Part shown: piece after piece, positions 57,407 to 64,000 of the stretch
Position numbering within the stretch: position 1 is the first letter of the stretch
Layout: each line of letters begins with the position of its first letter
From: Eledone cirrhosa
Taxonomy: Eukaryota
Length of the DNA stretch: 64,000 nt
NCBI GenBank assembly: GCA_964016885.1
Contig: OZ024743.1
Location: forward strand, 227,478,001 to 227,542,000
Reading direction: 5' to 3'
Notes under the pieces: model-generated
Databases searched by the model: none
Told to the model about the DNA's origin: nothing
What the model saw: only the letters and a program-made list of their open reading frames with translations
Position numbers and translations under genes: made by a program

Positions 57407-57567
57407 TGAAAGATTGAAGAATAACATGGTCGGCTGTACAAAAAGGTTTTATTTCTAGTAATACTAGAATTAAAACCTTTTTGTACAGCCGACCATGTTA
57501 AAACTATCCACAATACGGAGTACTCACAACCTCTAACTGGATTACCTATAACGATAACTTGTTATTA
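57407..57567 (+). mobile_element. Family E short hairpin element
   Basis: Arms ~57422-57460 and ~57463-57500. The tail is shared with 31655-31700. Confidence 0.75.
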
Positions 57568-57573
57568 TATATT

Positions 57574-57888
57574 TATATCTCCACAGTTAACTCATTCGGT
57601 CCTCAATGTTTACCATTGATTGACCAACGCTCAAAAATACAGATATAATATAGATATAGACAAAAATAAATAAATAAATAAATAAACAGATAAAATAAAG
57701 ATGGCGTAGATATACAATACAACATGAGGAACATAATAGCACCACTGACGATGTTGCAGATGTGCAACGAAAGAACTTTGTTAGACTATATATATCTGTT
57801 TATATCTATATTATATCTGTATTTTTGACCGTTGGTCAGTCAATGGTAAACATTAAGGACCAAATGAATTGAATGTGGAGATATAAAA
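57574..57888. mobile_element. Fold-back element L with a partial hammerhead in the spacer
   Basis: 57574-57660 is the reverse complement of 57797-57888. CUGACGA-t-gttgca gatg tgcaac-GAAA lies at 57745-57772. Confidence 0.7.
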
Positions 57889-58024
57889 GATACAGAAGCG
57901 AAAACCAAACAAACAGTGAGTGTGTTCTGTTATTATTTCCGGCAATATTATTACAACAATATGACCCTCCCCAAGTATAACAATATTTGTTTCGACACAC
58001 GATTCCATATCAAAATCCTCGCAA

Positions 58025-58079
<55 letters not shown>

Positions 58080-58835
58080 TTGAAGAGAGTTCCGTATGGC
58101 AGATATAGAGAGGGGAAATTTGAGGTTAATTGATATAGAGAGGGTGAGAGTTCGGTGTTAATTGATAGAGAGAGGGGGAGTTTGGTAATTATGGATAGAG
58201 TGAGAGGGAATGAGAGAGAGTGTTGTGTGGTAGATATAGAGAGGAGGATAGTTTGGTGGTAATTGATATAGTGAGGGGCATTGGGAGAGTGTGTTGTTTA
58301 ATAGATATCGAGAGGGGGAGTGGTTGATGATTATTGATATAGAGAGGTGTATTGGAAGATAATTCCTTATAGTAGTTATAGAGAGGGAGATAGTTTGGTG
58401 CTAATTGATATAGAGAGGGGGATGTTAGGTTTTAATTGATATAGAGACAGGGATTGGAATATAGATCTGTGTTGTAGATATAGTGAGGAGGAGAGTTTGG
58501 TGTTAATTGATAACGAGAGGGGTACTGGAAGACATTTCCGTCTATTAGATATAGAGAGGCGAGTGCTTAGTGCTGATTGATATAGAGAGGGGGATTGGAA
58601 GAGAGTTCCGTGTAGTAGATATTGAGATGGGTGAGTTTCGGGGTGATTTATCTACAGAGGTGTACTGGGAAATATAAGTGTAGATATTTATAGAGAGTGA
58701 GAGAGTGTATTAGTCTTAGATATAGAGAATGGGATGAGAGAGTTGGTGCCGTGGTAGGTATAGAAAGGGGTAGATTTTGGTTTTAGTAGATCCAGAGTGT
58801 AGATATTAGTAGGAGGAGAGTTTGGTGTTAATCTC
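58080..58835. repeat. Degenerate ~30-bp minisatellite (attgatatagagagggggagagtttggtgtta-like)
   Basis: gatatagagagg recurs about every 30 nt. Confidence 0.8.
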
Positions 58836-58857
58836 GGGTCCCAAATAGGAGGTGTTG

Positions 58858-59042
58858 CAATAATTGTTTCTACTTTAGGCACAAGGCCAGCAATTACCCA
58901 GTGCATTACTGGTACTTTATTTTATCGACCCTTCGTAAGGATGAAAGGCAAAGTTAATCTCGGCGGGATTTGAACTCAGAATAGCATGGGCCGTAACTCT
59001 ATGCGTCAAAGCATGGCGTCCGACTCTCTACCTATACTGCCA
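58858..59042 (-). mobile_element. tRNA-derived SINE (main family)
   Basis: Reverse complement of the consensus. Confidence 0.85.
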
Positions 59043-59530
59043 GGCAATAATGGGTTGTGGGTGGCTTGGGAAATCAGTAATTGTATTGTGTACGTTCGTA
59101 AATATGGGATTTCTTGTAATATTGTTTTTTTTTGTCATATATAATGTTTTACTTTTAAATCTGAAATAAAATGATTATTAGATTCTCCAGCTACTGTGTC
59201 AATATGAATCACTTACAATAAAATGTCACCGGTGAAATTAGCGCAATATAATAAGCGGGGGAGCGGATATAAAAACCGGGGTGGGGTGAACAAAATCAGA
59301 AAAATTAATATGCGGGGAAGGGGGACGATTATTCTAGGCCTGAGATCACGTGAATTATTGACGGACGCAAGTATGAAAACTGAATACCGAAGTAATTTAA
59401 ATATTCATTTATTATGTCTATACTTTGTTACTCTGGAGTCTCACAGGCTGATCAGATAAGACCGGCGATCCTGTAACTTTACAGGTGAAACTTTCGTGTA
59501 GCAATTCTAACCAATTGTCATGATAAATGA

Positions 59531-59567
<37 letters not shown>

Positions 59568-59571
<4 letters not shown>

Positions 59572-59616
59572 AAAATGTGCAAGACCCAGACGGCAGAGCT
59601 CAAGCCGTTTCGACAG
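59568..59616. mobile_element. Lone arm of a family D relative
   Basis: taggaa..aagacc..gagctcaagccgtttcgac immediately follows (TA)n. Confidence 0.6.
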
Positions 59617-59903
59617 AACGAATTTAAAGAAAAAGATATTTTCCTTTTTTTTTGCTTTTGTCGTTTCATGTTTCTGTTACATCAATATACCAGTTTGCGT
59701 AAAAGACAACTATTTTCAAAATAACCCGATTTTCGAACATAATGAGTTTTCCGTCTGTGAAACATTATGAACATAAATATTATCTACGTAGTTAATTATG
59801 TAATATATTTTCAAATTCCTTTAAACTCCCGTTCTCTAAAGTACTTGTCGAGAATGAAATGTGTTTATACTTCATGACTTTTCGAACAGATTGCCTCCAT
59901 ATG

Positions 59904-59943
<40 letters not shown>

Positions 59944-60027
59944 CGCGCGCATGTGCGTATCTGTGTGTGTGTATGTATATACGTATGTACGTACGTATAT
60001 AAATGTATATATATATGTATATAAATG

Positions 60028-60059
<32 letters not shown>

Positions 60060-60078
60060 TATATACGTGTATGTATAT

Positions 60079-60323
<245 letters not shown>

Positions 60324-60884
60324 ATTTAATGTCTGTGACGTACGATCAACAATTAATCCACTATTCGGCCTGCTTTAGATGATTTATATCTTATATTATT
60401 AGATTTATCTTAAGAGCTGCGAATAATCCAGTAAAACCAAATTTTATTTTCATTATTTTTATTCAATAACTCCATTACATCTCCATAAACCGAAGTAATT
60501 CTTCAATAAATTCCATAGTTAATTTTTTTTCTTTTTTCATTCTGTGCAAATCAGTTCATCTTAATATTTAACTTTCTAAATACTTCTTAATATTTGAATA
60601 CTGCCAATCAATAGTTTATAACGGTCATTATCTAAAGTGTTGTTCTTCATTGACAGTTCAACTTCAACTCATCTCTTCATCCGTTAACAAGAATTTCACG
60701 TGAAACTAATTTTCAGATATTCTTATTTTATTCCGTCACTGGTTTCAGTCATTAAACTGCGAGCATGCTTAAAAAGATTTTTAGTGTCTCATGCCGACCC
60801 TAGTAAATTTCTCCTATTTCGAGCCGGGTACATATTTTCCAATCTTTTTCACACATACTCAAATATATATAAACAACTAAAGTA

Positions 60885-61073
60885 TGATAAGATACCAGGT
60901 GAACCATAACGCACCAGAGTACTCGATACTAAGGGTAGTAGAGGCAGTAATAGGAAAATAGTCAGGACCCCGACGGCTGAGCTCCGACCATTTCGACAGC
61001 GAGATGCGAACAGTTCGGATCTAGCTGTCGAAACGGCCGGAGCTCAGCCGCCGGGGTCCTGACTCTTTTCCTA
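60885..61073 (-). mobile_element. Diverged family D hairpin element
   Basis: Arms gtcaggaccccgacggctgagctcc / ggagctcagccgccggggtcctgac. The tail contains caccagagtactcgatact. Confidence 0.8.
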
Positions 61074-61166
61074 TATATATATATATATATACATTTATAT
61101 ATATATATATACATTTATATATATATATATACATATATACATATATATATATATATACATATATAC

Positions 61167-61283
<117 letters not shown>

Positions 61284-61423
61284 ATTTTCAGCAACATTTA
61301 GTTGCCGTCGAGATTTTGAGCTTAGAACTGAGTGTATTGATTTAATAACATATATAACACACACTCACACACACACATATATATATATATACACACACAC
61401 ACATACACACACACACAAAAAAG

Positions 61424-61472
<49 letters not shown>

Positions 61473-61491
61473 TACTCACACACACAAAAAA

Positions 61492-61560
<69 letters not shown>

Positions 61561-62096
61561 CTATGTGTTTGTGTGTGTAGTTGAAAAGAACAGATTGATA
61601 AAGTATCGGAGGAAAAGATGAATAGCGAACGAAAGAGAAAGAAAATGTAAAATCAACAGAATAATCCAAGCGAATATTGAAGGCAAGATAGATAGTTAGA
61701 TAGGGTGAAAGAATGGAATAGAGAGAGAGGGGTTGAGAGGTACCAAGAAAGAGAGAGAGAGTGAAAGATGGAGTGAGACGGGCGAAAAGTGGTTTATACC
61801 ACGGAAAATTAGATAAGGTGAAAGATAACATGAGAGAGGGAGAAATACAGGAGTAAGAATCTTAGAAAGATTGGAAGATAATTTTGATTCATAAGTTTAA
61901 ATTTAAAAAAATTAGAACTGTACAAAATTAACAATTTATTACAAAAAATGTTTAATTTGACTTAATTTCCCTTATATGTTTGCGATTTGTTTTAACTTTT
62001 TCTTTGCGCTTGCGTGAGTGCATCTATGTGTATGAACGTGTTTTCTATTCTTCTACGTATTTGGGTGTTTGTCTGTGTTTTAAGGTATGTGAATAT

Positions 62097-62161
<65 letters not shown>

Positions 62162-62223
62162 CACACACATAGAAATATATATATATTTATGTGTATATAT
62201 ATATATAGAAATATATATATATT

Positions 62224-62264
<41 letters not shown>

Positions 62265-62282
62265 CTATATGTGTATGCATTG

Positions 62283-62316
<34 letters not shown>

Positions 62317-63136
62317 CAATACATACACATATAGTCACACACATATATATATACATATATATATATGTATGTGTGTGTGTGTTTGTGTGTAAAATAATCA
62401 TTATTCGAAATCTCAGAAGAACGTTTCATTTCATCGTAGCAGACAATTGGGAGAAAGAATTAAAAACTCAAAAAATAAACAAAGCAATATATAAAACAAA
62501 GAATAAAATCTTTAAAAAAAACACAATATCAAAAATTAAAAAAATCAACAACCAAAGATAAAAATTATCGAAAGGCAACAATTTTCCTTTTTTTTTTTAT
62601 TTTTAAACCAATTTTTCACCAGTGTCATGGAAGGTAACAAACAGGTGGAAAGAATTCTGCCAAGAGATTTATATCTGGTTCCAAAAAATTTCTAGACTAA
62701 TTGATAAAACTCATTCATTTATTTATTCGTTTAGTTTCATTATTTCTCTTTTCCTGTTGCTTTTTGTTTAAAGTGTGGATAGGGAGGGCGGTGGGCTTTC
62801 TTTGAAAGGTATGTTTTTTTTCTTTCCCTTTTTCATCCTTTATATTTTTATTTATTTATTTATGAGTTTAGTTTCACTTTTTTTACTTTTATTGTTTAGG
62901 TTTTTTGTTTTTTTTCTTAAATAGAACTTATTTTTCATATTTTATTTTTTTATTTTTTTTATTTCTTTGTTATTTTGCTTTTAACTTTTAGTTTGTTAAA
63001 GTGTGAACACACTTGGAATGAGATTGGTGCATTAATAAAAGATTTTCAGTTCACTTAAATTTTTACACTATACGTACATATGTCTCTCTCTCCTCCTCTT
63101 TCTCTCTCTCTCTCTTTCTCTTTCTCCCCCCCCTCA

Positions 63137-63203
<67 letters not shown>

Positions 63204-63892
63204 AACACACACACACATTATATATATAGAGAGAAGGGACGAATTAACGAAAGTGGAAGAAGTCTTGAATACCTTCTTAAGGTTTGTTAAGTTTGATGCG
63301 TTATTCAGGTCTAAAACATGTAGGAATCAAAGCCCAGAGTAAAATCCAAATGCTTATTATACTGGTAGATTAAGACGTTGACAGCAACAAAACATAAATA
63401 ATCAATACAAAATGAAAACCAAAATTGTTATTCAAATTAATTCAATAATTCGTACAATCGTTTCTATGAGGATAAATATACCACCAGTTCAACGAATTAA
63501 TTAATTGGTCAAAAGATTAATAACTTATAATTTATATGGCATAAAATCATCTAACCTCATATCATTAGGAAATATAAATAGATATATTGATTTACTTTAA
63601 CACATCAAAAAAATACGAAGGCAAGCATTCAAATAGCAAAAAGAACGCATAAGGAATATAAACGCACCTATGTTGTGTAATTAAAGAAACAGCGTATTAA
63701 TATAAACAATTTAGAGGAATTTATATTGTATTAGCAGAATTACCCGCGCCTTGATGCGTTTCACACAATATTTTGTAAGAAAATGATGATTGATTTTAAA
63801 TCAGTGGTATAATTTATGGAGAAAACTCTGCATTTCAATAAAATGCAGAGTTTAAAATGTAATGCATGAAAAATTGGAAAACATTAATATAT

Positions 63893-64000
63893 GGGCGGTG
63901 GATTGGCAGTATCGGTAGAGGTTCGGACGCCATGCTTTGACGCATAGAGTTACGGCCCTTGCCAATCTGAGTTCAAATCCCGCCGAGGTTAACTTTGCCT
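63893..64000 (+). mobile_element. tRNA-derived SINE (main family), cut by the window end
   Basis: The A box, B box and start of the core are present. Confidence 0.85.

Noticed and set aside
59250-59355. TATAAA, GC-box and CACGTG-like promoter cluster
   Set aside because: Such short motifs are expected by chance, and there is no downstream gene.
63730-63860. Helitron/Helentron-like end and a 13-bp hairpin (aaactctgcattt/aaatgcagagttt)
   Set aside because: It occurs once and is too short to support an element call.

Overview
AT-rich, microsatellite-saturated eukaryotic (animal) intergenic or intronic DNA. The SINE families and the (TA)n/(CA)n density suggest an Octopus-like cephalopod (inference). 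No host protein-coding gene is recognisable, and most ORFs in the track are microsatellite artefacts. The left 19 kb is a LINE cluster: a decayed Tx1/L1-like element, a decayed R4/Dong element, an intact 1216-aa R4/Dong ORF (RT, CCHC knuckle, restriction-like endonuclease) and an RTE remnant. Many tRNA-derived SINEs are scattered throughout. The most striking signal lies at 26-61 kb: about 18 fold-back (palindromic) insertions of 0.1-2.6 kb, each set in (TA)n. Most have an inverted arm, a main arm and a single-copy 3' tail. They belong to many sequence families, and one still carries a Penelope-like RT. I read 13 near-canonical type I hammerhead ribozyme folds by eye, in at least 7 families, plus degenerate ones. 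A GAG(T/C)(A/G)C motif recurs in the otherwise unrelated tails. All folds and alignments were made by eye and coordinates are approximate.
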